Shown here: positions 39,599-50,025 of the stretch, in pieces
How the letters are laid out: each line of letters starts with the position of its first letter
How positions within the stretch are numbered: position 1 is the first letter of the stretch
From: Nitrospirota bacterium
GTDB lineage: Bacteria; Nitrospirota; UBA9217
Length of the DNA: 64,000 nt
Assembly (NCBI GenBank): GCA_963755045.1
Contig: CAVWIL010000007.1
Span: 205,322-269,321 of the forward strand
Direction: 5' to 3'
Program-made: the position numbers and the translations under genes
Notes under the pieces: model-generated
What the model saw: only the letters and a program-made list of their open reading frames with translations
What the model was told of the DNA's origin: nothing
Databases searched by the model: none

Positions 39599-39678
39599 CG
39601 TCATTCCCGTGAAAACGGGAATCCAGGTCGTAGATTGCTTGAAAATTCCACTGGATACCCGCTTTCGCGGGTATGACG
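39599..39678. repeat. Pair of inverted GTCATTCC-type palindromic units
   Basis: cgtcattcccgtgaaaacgggaatccag / ctggatacccgctttcgcgggtatgacg. Same family as 1830-1907. Confidence 0.7.
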
Positions 39679-39810
39679 GAATAGAAGGAAGTGCATTTTG
39701 TTGTTATAGTGTCATTGTTTCAAAAAAGATTCACTGTAGCGCAAAAAAAAGTGCTTTAGATACTTTTCCTACGTGTCTTTGTGACGTTGTAGATAAGGGG
39801 CTTAACACAG

Positions 39811-41175
39811 ATGCAAAAAGCACATATCTTGATCATGGATGATGAAGCGCCGGTGCGTAAGCGGCTCGAGGACCATCTCCACCGGAAGGGGTACGATGTC
39901 CTGGGTGTGGGCACCGTGAAGGAGGCTATGGATGAGATCAGTCGGGATCGCTATGACATGTTCCTGACTGACTGCAATATCCCGGGTATTGACGCGCTCA
40001 GGACTTCGGATGAGGCGCGAAAAATAAACCCCGACATGGCGGTCGTTATCATGACCTCATTCGGCACGATCGAGACCGCGGTCAAGGCCATCAGGGCCGG
40101 CGCCTATGACTATCTTCCCAAACCTGTCGATCTGGACCAACTGGTGGTCCTTATCGAGAGAATATCAGAGCGCCGGGACCTGATCCGGGAGAATACCGAA
40201 CTCAAGGAAATGCTGATCGAACGGTACAAGTTCGACGAGATCGTGAGCACGAGCCATGCCATGGAGGAGGTCCTGAACATGGCGGGCCGCGTGGCCGCCA
40301 GCAGCGCGACGGTATTGCTCCGGGGCGAAAGCGGGACCGGGAAAGAGCTGATCGCCAAGGCCATTCATTTTCACAGTCCGCGCGCGAACGCCCCGCTGAT
40401 CAAGGTCAATTGCGCCGCCCTGCCCGAGACACTGCTTGAGAGCGAACTTTTCGGACATGAGAAGGGGGCATTCACCGGCGCGACAACGCGGCGGATCGGC
40501 AGGTTCGAGGCTGCGGACCGGGGAACGCTGTTCCTCGATGAGATCGGAGAACTGACGTCGGGAATGCAGGTAAAGCTGTTGCGTGTGCTGCAGGAGCGTG
40601 AGTTCGAGCGGCTCGGCGGGAATGAGACCATCAAGGTGGATGTGCGCGTGATCGCCGCCACGAACCGCGATATCGAAAAAGCCGTGAGAGAGGGGGCGTT
40701 CCGGGAAGATCTGTATTACCGGCTTAACGTCGTTTCCATTGTCATCCCTCCGTTGCGCGAACGGAAAGAGGACGTGCCGGCCCTGCTTGATTTTTTTATC
40801 AAAAAATACAATGCCGAGAACAAAAAGAGCATTACCGGTATTTCCGCGGAAACGCGCGACCTGCTCATGCGGTACGGCTATCCGGGGAATGTGCGCGAGC
40901 TGGAGAACATCATTGAGCGCGCTGTTGTGCTGTCCAAAAAGGGGATCATTACCACTGCCGACCTTCCGATCCATGTCAGGACCTCGGCGAGCGAAGAGGA
41001 ACTGACAGTAGAGACGCTGCAGGGTTCGTTGAACGAGACGCTGGAAACCATTGAGCGCAGTATCCTGCTGGAGGCATTGAAGACGTCAGGCGGTGTGCAG
41101 ACGCGCGCTGCGGAAAAACTCGGGATCAGTGAGCGGGTGCTCAGGTATAAACTGAAGAAATATAAACTTCCCTGA
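39811..41175 (+). CDS. Sigma54-dependent response regulator (NtrC family)
   Basis: REC domain, AAA+ motifs GESGTGKE and ESELFGHEKGAFTGA, and a C-terminal Fis-type HTH. Confidence 0.93.
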   Translation: MQKAHILIMDDEAPVRKRLEDHLHRKGYDVLGVGTVKEAMDEISRDRYDMFLTDCNIPGIDALRTSDEARKINPDMAVVIMTSFGTIETAVKAIRAGAYDYLPKPVDLDQLVVLIERISERRDLIRENTELKEMLIERYKFDEIVSTSHAMEEVLNMAGRVAASSATVLLRGESGTGKELIAKAIHFHSPRANAPLIKVNCAALPETLLESELFGHEKGAFTGATTRRIGRFEAADRGTLFLDEIGELTSGMQVKLLRVLQEREFERLGGNETIKVDVRVIAATNRDIEKAVREGAFREDLYYRLNVVSIVIPPLRERKEDVPALLDFFIKKYNAENKKSITGISAETRDLLMRYGYPGNVRELENIIERAVVLSKKGIITTADLPIHVRTSASEEELTVETLQGSLNETLETIERSILLEALKTSGGVQTRAAEKLGISERVLRYKLKKYKLP

Positions 41176-41459
41176 TACATGGCCCATGCAATCTTTGCAG
41201 TTCGTATCAGAAATGATGTAGAAACTGTTCATGGTAGTTTGACAATTCCTTATTAAACTCCATAAACGTCACTGCTCATTGTTTGTCATTTCGAGTCCTT
41301 CGGCTTGTCATTCTGAGCGGGGCGAAGAATCTTGATGCTAAAAGTCTCAGGATAAACTCCGTGAGAAATCCAGCCAGCTATTTGGTGCAAGAAGACACAC
41401 ACTGACTTTTTACGAACGTACCAATCTTTGCTATACTATACACAAATGAGGTACTTATC

Positions 41460-42233
41460 ATGATATCGGAACGATCTTTGGAAATCATCAAAACATCCCC
41501 ACGCCGTCTCAACAAACCGGTCAGGCTGGTCCTTTTCACGAGCGACAGGGGTTGCGAGGCCTGTCCCCAAATGACCGAACTTGCCCGGGCCATCAAGGCG
41601 CATTTCGACAAGATGGCCCTTGAATCCTATGATCTGGTCATGGACCGGGACAAGTCGCATCAGTACGGTATTGAGCGCGTGCCGGCCATCGTGCTGCAGG
41701 GCGTGGATGGAGAAACGGCCACGTTTTACGGGCTCATAGAGGACGTTTTCTTGAAGATACTCGTGGACACGGTTCAGTCTCTGTCCAATACAAAAGTATG
41801 GTTCCCGGAGGACGTGAGGCGAGTTCTGAAACACCTTGACCATGACGTCAAGATACAGGTCTTTGTCGAAAGCGACTGCCCGCTGTGCCGGCCCGTGGCC
41901 GAGACCGCCATCGGTCTTGCGCTCGAGAGCAGATACGTATATGCTGACATCATTGTCGCGGATAATTTCCCCGAGCTCATCAAAAAGTACTCGATCAAGA
42001 AACTGCCGATGACGATCTTCGGTGAGAACCTCCAGATGGAAGGACACGTGACGGAGAGCGAGTTCCTGCAGATGATCTTTGACGCAGAGGGGATCAAACC
42101 GGGGAAGGACCGGCGGTGCCTGGTTTGCAGCAAACCCTCCGCGGAGATTATCTGCGCCAATTGCGAAATCCGGATCCAGGCAGAAGCGATCGATCATAAG
42201 ACCAGGACGGAGAAGGGATTGCAGCAGCCATAG
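41460..42233 (+). CDS. Two-domain thioredoxin-fold (glutaredoxin-like / PDO-like) protein with a C-terminal zinc ribbon
   Basis: CEAC and CPLC redox motifs in two Trx-like halves. C-terminal CLVCS....CANC. Confidence 0.65.
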   Translation: MISERSLEIIKTSPRRLNKPVRLVLFTSDRGCEACPQMTELARAIKAHFDKMALESYDLVMDRDKSHQYGIERVPAIVLQGVDGETATFYGLIEDVFLKILVDTVQSLSNTKVWFPEDVRRVLKHLDHDVKIQVFVESDCPLCRPVAETAIGLALESRYVYADIIVADNFPELIKKYSIKKLPMTIFGENLQMEGHVTESEFLQMIFDAEGIKPGKDRRCLVCSKPSAEIICANCEIRIQAEAIDHKTRTEKGLQQP

Positions 42234-42372
42234 TAACGTGCAAATTAAAGCACTGAGAAAGCACATCTCTCTTCTCCATTTCTCCTAAATGTGTATCCTT
42301 ACTTGCGATAAATCAGGTTATTCAGGTCATATACGACGAAACGAAAAACAGTATTTTTCAGGAGAAGCCATC

Positions 42373-43383
42373 ATGAAGCAGGCAATGTTCCAGGAGACAA
42401 GAGAGGAAAAGAAGGTCCAGTGCAGCCTGTGCAGTCATCGCTGTCTTATCCTCCCGGGCAAACGCGGGATATGCGGGGTACGTGAGAATAAGGATGGCAT
42501 CCTGTACACCCTTGTGTATGATAAGGTGATCGCACGACACGTCGATCCGATCGAAAAAAAACCTCTTTTTCACTTCCTGCCGGGAAGCCAGTCATTCTCC
42601 ATTGCGACACCGGGCTGTAATTTTCATTGCAAACACTGCCAGAACGCGGACATCTCCCAGCTCCCGCGTGACCAGGACGGCATGATCGTCGGAGAGGCGC
42701 TGTCCCCCCGACAAATCGTTGACGCCGCGCTTGCCTCCGGCTGCGCAAGCATCTCCTACACCTATACGGAACCCACGATCTATTTCGAGCTTGCCTATGA
42801 TACGGCGCGCATCGCTGCGGGAGCGGGTCTCAAGAACGTGTTCGTATCGAATGGCTACATCACACCGGAAGCGCTCAAGGAGATCAAACCGTATCTCCAT
42901 GCGGCGAATATCGATCTCAAGGGATATACCGACGAGTTTTACAAGAAGGTGTGCGGTGCGCGGCTGCAGCCGGTGCTTGACGCGATCAGGCTCTACCGGG
43001 AACTCGGCATCTGGATCGAGATCACTACCCTTGTTATCCCCGGGCATAACGACTCGGATGACGAACTGAAGGGGATAGCGCAGTTCATCAAGTCTGTTGG
43101 AGAGGACATCCCCTGGCACGTATCCAGGTTCCATCCAACCTACAAGCTGACAGACAAGCCTGTCACACCGGTTGAAACCCTCAAGCGTGCGCGCCGGATC
43201 GGTTTTGACGCGGGACTTCGCTATGTGTATGAAGGTAATATCCTGGGTGAGGGGGAGGATACCGTATGCTGGAGCTGCAGGAAGACGCTCGTTAAGCGGA
43301 TCGGCTTCAGCGTCAGGGAAACCGCGATAAAGGATGGTACGTGCGGATTTTGCGGCGTTCCCATAGCCGGGGTGTGGGAGTGA
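42373..43383 (+). CDS. AmmeMemoRadiSam-system radical SAM enzyme
   Basis: GGAG then ATG 42373. N-terminal C.LC.H.C, CNFHCKHCQN (Cx3Cx2C), C-terminal C..C....C..C. Confidence 0.8.
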   Translation: MKQAMFQETREEKKVQCSLCSHRCLILPGKRGICGVRENKDGILYTLVYDKVIARHVDPIEKKPLFHFLPGSQSFSIATPGCNFHCKHCQNADISQLPRDQDGMIVGEALSPRQIVDAALASGCASISYTYTEPTIYFELAYDTARIAAGAGLKNVFVSNGYITPEALKEIKPYLHAANIDLKGYTDEFYKKVCGARLQPVLDAIRLYRELGIWIEITTLVIPGHNDSDDELKGIAQFIKSVGEDIPWHVSRFHPTYKLTDKPVTPVETLKRARRIGFDAGLRYVYEGNILGEGEDTVCWSCRKTLVKRIGFSVRETAIKDGTCGFCGVPIAGVWE

Positions 43384-43439
43384 TGCAGTGAGATACGAGA
43401 GAACGAGGGACGAGGGACGAGGAATCGTAAACAGAACGG

Positions 43440-43853
43440 ATGGATTACGAGACATTTGAACATGGGGCCGACATCGGCATACGTGGATTCGGCCGAACGA
43501 TGGCAGAGGCATTTGAAAATACCGCGATTGCGTTGTATTCCGTGATGGTGAATATCCCCGCAGTTGAAGCCAGCGAGAAGAGAAGCGTCACGGTTTCCGC
43601 TCCGGACAGTGAGCTCCTTCTGGTCGAATGGTTGAACGCACTCCTGTCATTATCCGACATCGAACATATGGTCTTTTCGAAGTTCAAGGTGAAGATGGAG
43701 GGAACGTCTCTTACAGGGACGGCATGGGGTGAAAAACTGGATCAGGAACGGCATGAGCCGAATGTAGAGATAAAAGGCGCAACGTACTATATGTTGAAGG
43801 TTACGGAAGCGGACGGGCGGATGTTTGTCGCGCAGTGTGTGGTGGATGTGTGA
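43440..43853 (+). CDS. Archease
   Basis: FEHGADIGIRGFG, IKGATYYML. Sits directly upstream of rtcB. Confidence 0.88.
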   Translation: MDYETFEHGADIGIRGFGRTMAEAFENTAIALYSVMVNIPAVEASEKRSVTVSAPDSELLLVEWLNALLSLSDIEHMVFSKFKVKMEGTSLTGTAWGEKLDQERHEPNVEIKGATYYMLKVTEADGRMFVAQCVVDV

Positions 43854-43918
43854 ATGTTAGGCAGAGACGGAAAGTACGTGAAGAAGCTTCGGTGAGTGGG
43901 GAACGTTCGGAGTAAACG

Positions 43919-45349
43919 ATGGACCTCAAAACACTTCATAAGATTAACGACTATCTCTGGGAGATCCCGCAAGAGGGGCAAATGCGCGTGCCCGGCAGGA
44001 TCTTTGCCAGCGAAAAGCTGCTTCAGGAAATGGACGAGAAGGTGCGCGAGCAGGTGACGAACGTGGCCATGCTGCCGGGGATCCAGGTTGCTTCGATGGC
44101 CATGCCCGACGCGCATTGGGGCTATGGCTTCCCCATCGGCGGCGTCGCGGCATTCGATCCGGACGAAGGCGGTATCATCTCCATGGGAGGCGTCGGATTC
44201 GACATCTCCTGCGGCGTTCGCACCATGAAGACCGGCCTGACCAGGGAAGAGGTCATGCCGCGGATTCAGAGGCTCGCTGATCAGTTTTACAGCCGGGTGC
44301 CCGCGGGCGTCGGCTCCGAAGGACTTATCAAGCTTTCTCCTTCACGACTCGACGAGATGCTCCTGGGCGGCGCTGAGTGGGCTGTACAGAACGGATACGG
44401 GATCGATGACGATCTCGATTATATCGAGAACCATGGCAGGGTAGACGGCGCAGAGCCGGATCATGTTTCGGACACGGCAAAGAAGCGCCAGTATCGTGAA
44501 ATGGGAACGCTCGGCGCGGGGAACCATTACCTCGAAGTACAGGTCGTGGCGGATATCTACGACGAACAGGCCGCCCTGGCCATGGGCCTGAAAAAGGGCG
44601 ATGTCCTCATTTCTGTCCATTGCGGTTCGCGCGGCCTCGGTCACCAGATCGGGACGGATTATCTGAAGAGCCTCGCGTTCACGCTGCAGAAATACAAGAT
44701 AGCGATCAAGGACCGTGAACTGGCCTGCGCGCCGATCAACTCTCCCGAGGGACAAAAATATTTCGGCGCCATGAGCGCGGGGATCAACTGCGCCCTTGCG
44801 AACCGCCAGATCATCACGCACCTGGTGCGCGGGATATTCACCGAGGTCTTTCCCGAGGGGCATATCAAGATGCTCTACGATATCAGCCATAATACGTGCA
44901 AGGTGGAGACCCATCCGGTCAATGGGAAAAAGAAAAAGCTCTTCGTGCACCGCAAGGGCGCCACGAGGGCGTTCGGGCCGGGCCGGATCGACCTTCCGCA
45001 AGAGTACAGGCACATCGGTCAGCCCGTGCTGATCGGCGGTACCATGGGAACGTCATCCTATATTCTTGCAGGCACGGAAGAAGGGATGACGGTTGCCTTC
45101 GGTTCCGCCTGCCACGGCGCAGGCAGGGCCATGTCGCGGACGCAGGCGAAGAAAAAGTGGCAGGGCAGGGATGTTGTAAAGGCACTCGAAGCTCAGGGAG
45201 TGACGGTGCGGGGGCATTCCTATACGGGTATTGCAGAAGAAGCGCCGGAGTCGTATAAGGATGTGACGGAAGTAGTGGACGCGGCGCATCATGCGAACCT
45301 TGCCCGGAAGGTGGCACGGGTCAAGCCGATTGCGTGCGTGAAGGGGTAG
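43919..45349 (+). CDS. rtcB: RNA 3'-phosphate ligase RtcB
   Basis: MPDAHWGYGFPIGG, GGVGFDISCG, HCGSRGLGH, HRKGATRA, GSACHGAGR. Confidence 0.96.
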   Translation: MDLKTLHKINDYLWEIPQEGQMRVPGRIFASEKLLQEMDEKVREQVTNVAMLPGIQVASMAMPDAHWGYGFPIGGVAAFDPDEGGIISMGGVGFDISCGVRTMKTGLTREEVMPRIQRLADQFYSRVPAGVGSEGLIKLSPSRLDEMLLGGAEWAVQNGYGIDDDLDYIENHGRVDGAEPDHVSDTAKKRQYREMGTLGAGNHYLEVQVVADIYDEQAALAMGLKKGDVLISVHCGSRGLGHQIGTDYLKSLAFTLQKYKIAIKDRELACAPINSPEGQKYFGAMSAGINCALANRQIITHLVRGIFTEVFPEGHIKMLYDISHNTCKVETHPVNGKKKKLFVHRKGATRAFGPGRIDLPQEYRHIGQPVLIGGTMGTSSYILAGTEEGMTVAFGSACHGAGRAMSRTQAKKKWQGRDVVKALEAQGVTVRGHSYTGIAEEAPESYKDVTEVVDAAHHANLARKVARVKPIACVKG

Positions 45350-45551
45350 GGGCGGCTGTGATGCGAACGTATTCTTCATCAGGATCCTCGACGAGCATTT
45401 TGCTGAGTTCGTCAAGTCGATTTTACAATAGCGTATCAATGAAAAAGATTGCCGATGACCGGCGGTCCTGCCATCTCATCGCGTCGGGTGTTCGTTCGTG
45501 GTCGCCATATACGCCTCTCTCAAAGGCAAATGTAGGCCCGAAATTCCATCC

Positions 45552-46676
45552 TCAGGATATTTTCTGCACTCTTCGAGGACAAAACAGCAGCGTCCCTTCT
45601 TCCGTTATGTCCGAAGCAACAACTTCTTCACATTCCTCCGGATTGCAACAGGTGTAGCATACCCGTTTGATGACCTGAAACGACAGCAATTCGATTTCGG
45701 GAGCGAGAAAGCCGTTTTTGGACGGTTCCTCCCGAAAGAGATCCGTGCTCAGATATTTTTTGTTGTCATCGGGAAAGATCGTGACCACGACCGCATCCCG
45801 GTCCAGTTCATTTTGGGCCAGCAACGCGCCAATAAAATTCGCACCCGATGAAATCCCGACCCCGAGGCCAAGCTGTCCGGCAAGCTTTTGCGCCATCAGG
45901 ATTGCATCCCCATCGTCCACGCTGATCACCCTGTCCAGAAAATTCAAGTCCACAATAGGCGGGATAAACTCGTCCGAGATGCCTTGAATGCGATGCTTGC
46001 CTACTTTATGCCCTGTGGAGAGAGTCGGGGAGTTTGCCGGTTCCAGGGGATAAAGTTTTATTGCGGGCCTCTTTTGCCGGAGATAACGGCCTACTCCCAT
46101 GATCGTTCCGCCGGTCCCCACGCCGGCAACGAAGGCATCGGGATACCGGGAGCGAACTCTCAATTGCCACCAGATCTCCGGACCGGTCGTAGTGAAGTGG
46201 GACTCGCTGTTGTCCTGGTTCGAAAATTGCCTTGGCAGGAAAACATTTTCATTGGACCTCGCCAATTTCTCTGCGAGCAGGATGCTGCCCTGGAACCCGC
46301 CTTCTTCCCCGGTGATAAGGTTGATCTTTGCGCCGAGGCAGCGAATGAGATTGATCCGCTCGGTGCTCATCCAGTCGGGCATGAAGATTGCCACAGGATG
46401 CCCGAGCGCACGGCCGATGGCAGAGAATGAAATGCCGGTGTTGCCGCTGGTTGCCTCGGCAATGAGATCGCCCGGTTTAAGAAGCCCTTTGGCATAGCCT
46501 TGCGCCATAATGTGCAACGCCATCCGGTCCTTGATGCTTCCGGTCATGTTCAGGTTCTCGGCTTTGGCATGGATGGTGCGCTTCCGGCCCTGGAACATGA
46601 AATCTATGGCCAGAAGAGGGGTGTTGCCGATAAGGGCCGACAGCCCGCGAATCCGGCGATTGTCATATCTTTCCAT
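45552..46676 (-). CDS. Cysteine synthase / PLP-dependent beta-replacement enzyme with a ~60-aa Cys-rich C-terminal extension
   Basis: [13 protein letters not shown] (PLP lysine), SGNTG, GVGTGGT. The extra C-terminus is [12 protein letters not shown]....FCP. Confidence 0.8.
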   Translation of the reverse strand: MERYDNRRIRGLSALIGNTPLLAIDFMFQGRKRTIHAKAENLNMTGSIKDRMALHIMAQGYAKGLLKPGDLIAEATSGNTGISFSAIGRALGHPVAIFMPDWMSTERINLIRCLGAKINLITGEEGGFQGSILLAEKLARSNENVFLPRQFSNQDNSESHFTTTGPEIWWQLRVRSRYPDAFVAGVGTGGTIMGVGRYLRQKRPAIKLYPLEPANSPTLSTGHKVGKHRIQGISDEFIPPIVDLNFLDRVISVDDGDAILMAQKLAGQLGLGVGISSGANFIGALLAQNELDRDAVVVTIFPDDNKKYLSTDLFREEPSKNGFLAPEIELLSFQVIKRVCYTCCNPEECEEVVASDITEEGTLLFCPRRVQKIS

Positions 46677-46813
46677 TCCGTGGATCCCTTTCCTTGTCCT
46701 GGATTACTCAATTACCAGGGAGATGTTATACTGCCTGCTTTCCTCGATAGATTCATTAACATCTGTTTTTTGAAGGGTATCAAACTTGACATATGTCGTA
46801 ATTGGGCATTGTT

Positions 46814-47299
46814 TTTTGGGTAGCTCATCACTCAGCCGCGCAGCATGCCGGGCATCTATGCAATACCCACCCTGATTTTCAGGACTCGCATCACTCCACC
46901 CTCGCCCTTTAAAAAGGGCGAGGCCGTGTCTGCCTTGTATTGTTCTCTTACTACGATTTGTGCAGCATTGCTGTGCACGTCTTTCGCGTCAGAGCTACCC
47001 GGCGCAGGGGAACGGCAAAACTTAAAAGGCCTACCCCACTATGTGGCGAATTAACCTCCACGGGTTTGGAGAGACTCATGTCTTTGCCGTTCCAGAAGCC
47101 CCTGCATCCCATGAACAGGTTCGCGCACAAGCATGGAAAGGTAGAAAAGACCGATACTGTTACAAAGCCAGGCAGACACGACCGAGCCCGTTCCCCCGGG
47201 CGAGGGGAAGTGCTGCGATGCTCGAAAAGGCCTGTTATCTATACAATCAGTCATGCCCTGCGCAGAGCTGTGAACTGGGGTGCAGAAAAAAAGGATCGT
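46814..47299 (+). mobile_element. Family A repeat, copy A2 (truncated, lacks terminal repeats)
   Basis: Colinear with 50026-50520 and, in reverse, with parts of 7193-7885. Confidence 0.75.
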
Positions 47300-47330
47300 A
47301 AGCTTCTTGCTTTATCCCAACCACGCACCA

Positions 47331-47885
47331 TCAATACTGCTTCCTCGGGTGCTTCTCGCGGTATTTGACCGGGGCCTCTTTCAATCCGTTCGGTCTCCAG
47401 ATCCCCTTCATCTCCTGCCGGGCGAGCTTTTCCGCCCGGGAGAATGCAGCTCTATAGCGTACATTCGGCTTTATCGTAAAAAGGACCGCATAGCCATCCC
47501 GGACCATCCGTTCATTGATCAGCTCGTTATTCTTAGTCCATAGATAGACGAGGGCCCTGCCGTATTTGTCCTGCTTCACCTCGTCCGTTTCCACGGTCAC
47601 CAGCCAATCGGTATGATTCATGATATCGATAAGATGTTCTTTGGCCTGTCTGCCCCAGGGACGCTGGTTCATCTCCGGCGCGTCGATGCCGATCAGACGG
47701 GTTTTCCGCATCTTCCCGTTTACCATGAGCGTTGCGGTATCGCCGTCGTGAACCTTGATGACGCTCACCTCGGACGACCTTTGAGCGGCAAACGATCGAC
47801 CAATGCCGAGCGGTGAGAAGCACAAGGCGATGATAACGAATGTAAACGATGTAATGCGTGCCATCGCCTGGCGCGAAACCCTCAT
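47331..47885 (-). CDS. Secreted thermonuclease (SNase) family nuclease
   Basis: DGDT, RLIGIDAPE, YGRALVY. Signal peptide after M at 47885. The longer ORF reaches ATG 47969, which overlaps the patatin stop. Confidence 0.8.
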   Translation of the reverse strand: MRVSRQAMARITSFTFVIIALCFSPLGIGRSFAAQRSSEVSVIKVHDGDTATLMVNGKMRKTRLIGIDAPEMNQRPWGRQAKEHLIDIMNHTDWLVTVETDEVKQDKYGRALVYLWTKNNELINERMVRDGYAVLFTIKPNVRYRAAFSRAEKLARQEMKGIWRPNGLKEAPVKYREKHPRKQY

Positions 47886-47965
47886 CCTGCCCTCTCCCTG
47901 CAGGTGGGAGGACGGGGGCGGGCGCATTTGTCCTAATTTGACCGGGCACCTATTCTTCCATTGAA

Positions 47966-49369
47966 TCATTTCAGGTCCTTCAGAAACTTCTGATACTCAG
48001 GAGACGCAGTGAGCAACGTTGCGCCGACGGTACGCAAACGGTCAACGCTCTCGGCGGGAAGCTTGAACGTTGTCGGCAGGTTCTTGAAGAACTTGCGCTC
48101 TTCCTCGTCTTTGATGGCATCGAAACCGATCACGACAGGATAAAACCGGACATGGGGCAGGGCTCCGCCGGGGAGCGCCGTGCCCGGGCAGGACGTTTTC
48201 AGGATATCTTCACAATCCTGTCTTGACTTGATGTCCTTTTCCCATTGCAGAAGGCTTTGTTTCATAAGCTCGATGGTGTCAAAGGAATAGTTGTCCATCG
48301 GCACGTTAGCCACGGTCATGAGGACCTTATCGAGGTTGGGGGCGCTTGCTTTTTTGTCCAGATCCGCAGCGGGCTCCGTCTTTGCGTTGACCACGATGAA
48401 CACGATCTTGCGGACCTTGTTCATATTGACCAGCCTGAGCACGCTCCAGGGACTGTCCGTGGACGTGACCGAGTAGAGCGGGCCTCGCAATCCGATATTA
48501 TCCGCAATACCGCCGTCGAGCAGGTGGATATACGGCCGGTCGGCTGCATCAAGATAGGAGCGCAGCTGGGTCGCCCGGTCATAGCGCCGTGTGGTGAAGT
48601 CCCTGTCAGAAAAGGCGTTGGCCACCCAGAGAGGCTCCTTGTATTGGCATGACCCTGCAAAATTATTGACCGTGACGGGACTCAGCAGGACGGGGAAGGC
48701 GGACGACGCTGCGACGGCCCGGGCCAGGGGAAAGTCGGAAAGGTCGGAGCAGAGAGGGTCGAACTGGTCCTGCGTGAAGCCGAACTGAGCGCCCTGTGTC
48801 ATGTCCGTTGCATTGATCAAAATGAACGGACGCTTTCCGTTCCGGAGAAGATCTCCGAACGTGTGGCGATCAAAGAGTTGCTCATCATAATACTCGGCGG
48901 CGATGTCGATGCGGTCAAAGGCAGGGGAGGCGAGGCGGTACCAGTTGTACGGCGAGTAAAGCCGGTTCTGAAGATCGCCCTGGACATTTTTATTTAGAAA
49001 ACGTGTATCGAAGTCCTTGAAAATGCGGTCGCCGTAGAGGGCATAGTAGGCCGCGGTAAAGCTTCCGCCGGAGACCGATGAGATCACATCAACCTCGTCG
49101 AGTAGGCGTTTCTTGTTCCCTTCCCAAACAATCTCTGTGTTCCTGAGCTGCTCAAGAACGCCGTAGGAGAGGGCTGCCGCACGCGTCCCCCCTCCGGAGA
49201 AGGCAAGGATTATGAAGAGGGAGTCTGAATTGTCCGGAGATGACAGGTTTTGAAAACGGTATCCCGTGTTCTTATCGTATTGTTCCAGCCTGGCATTCAC
49301 GGGATAATGGGCGCATCCGATAAACGCCAGCACAAGGGCCAGGACCAATACGTTAGGATTTTTTGACAA
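47966..49369 (-). CDS. Patatin-like phospholipase lipoprotein
   Basis: Lipobox AFIGC. SGGGTRAA oxyanion motif, VSGGS (GxSxG), LLDGGIADN (DGG). Confidence 0.9.
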   Translation of the reverse strand: MSKNPNVLVLALVLAFIGCAHYPVNARLEQYDKNTGYRFQNLSSPDNSDSLFIILAFSGGGTRAAALSYGVLEQLRNTEIVWEGNKKRLLDEVDVISSVSGGSFTAAYYALYGDRIFKDFDTRFLNKNVQGDLQNRLYSPYNWYRLASPAFDRIDIAAEYYDEQLFDRHTFGDLLRNGKRPFILINATDMTQGAQFGFTQDQFDPLCSDLSDFPLARAVAASSAFPVLLSPVTVNNFAGSCQYKEPLWVANAFSDRDFTTRRYDRATQLRSYLDAADRPYIHLLDGGIADNIGLRGPLYSVTSTDSPWSVLRLVNMNKVRKIVFIVVNAKTEPAADLDKKASAPNLDKVLMTVANVPMDNYSFDTIELMKQSLLQWEKDIKSRQDCEDILKTSCPGTALPGGALPHVRFYPVVIGFDAIKDEEERKFFKNLPTTFKLPAESVDRLRTVGATLLTASPEYQKFLKDLK

Positions 49370-49568
49370 AGGTCACCTCTCTGGGTTTGATCGGGCTCGT
49401 TCCTTTCACTTTCACGGTCCGGAATGAAGGTTTATAGTCCGGAGGATCGCCCAGACTAATAGTGTGCGTACCTTCTTCAACGCGAAGCATCTTGTTCGTC
49501 CTGCCGGACTTTTCGCCGTCGATCAAAACAGTTCGCGATACCGGAAATATTACCAGCAGGTGTTCCAT
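49353..49568 (-). CDS. Small PEGA-like domain protein
   Basis: V.IDGEKSGRTN..L.VEEGTH.I.L pattern. GGAG then ATG at 49568. Confidence 0.45.
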   Translation of the reverse strand: MEHLLVIFPVSRTVLIDGEKSGRTNKMLRVEEGTHTISLGDPPDYKPSFRTVKVKGTSPIKPREVTFVKKS

Positions 49569-49604
49569 ACGATCTCTCCTCGCAGGTCTGCTCATAAATC
49601 AAAC

Positions 49605-49780
49605 CTAAACCACAGAGTGCACAGAGAAGTTCTTGAATGGTTGGAGCGTGTACCTCTGAGGCCTCCATCTCCCTCTGCGCCCTTTTATTACCAACTCCGC
49701 TGACTTTTTCGTCTTATAACGACAGAGTTCACAGAGTTGTTAGATCTAAAAGACTTTTTCTCAGTGTTCTCTGTGGTTAA
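49605..49780. repeat. CACAGAG-word repeat with a long-range inverted pair
   Basis: aaccacagagtgcacagag (49607-) is complementary to ctcagtgttctctgtggtt (49759-49777). A direct variant aacgacagagttcacagag is at 49717. Confidence 0.7.
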
Positions 49781-50025
49781 GTTTTGCCTGCGCCCGGCGT
49801 TTACGATTGAAACCATAGCCTGCTCTTGCGAAAACGCGGCCATAAACGAATGTAGGGTAGCGTATGATGACATTATAGTTGTTATCTTTTTCAGGTGTCA
49901 ATCTAATTTAGTGCGTTCATCCGTGGTATTTTAGGGGATCGGAAGTATAGTGATTTATTCTTCATTAACAATCTGTTTCCTGAATGTTATCTAAGTTGGC
50001 ACTTGTCCCAGATGTGCATTGATTA

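Noticed and set aside
41176-41459. Sigma54 promoter upstream of the thioredoxin-fold / radical SAM / rtcB genes
   Set aside because: The only TGGC-containing string (tggcccatgcaatctttgca) does not place GG and GC at the required 10-nt spacing. A matrix scan is needed before any claim.
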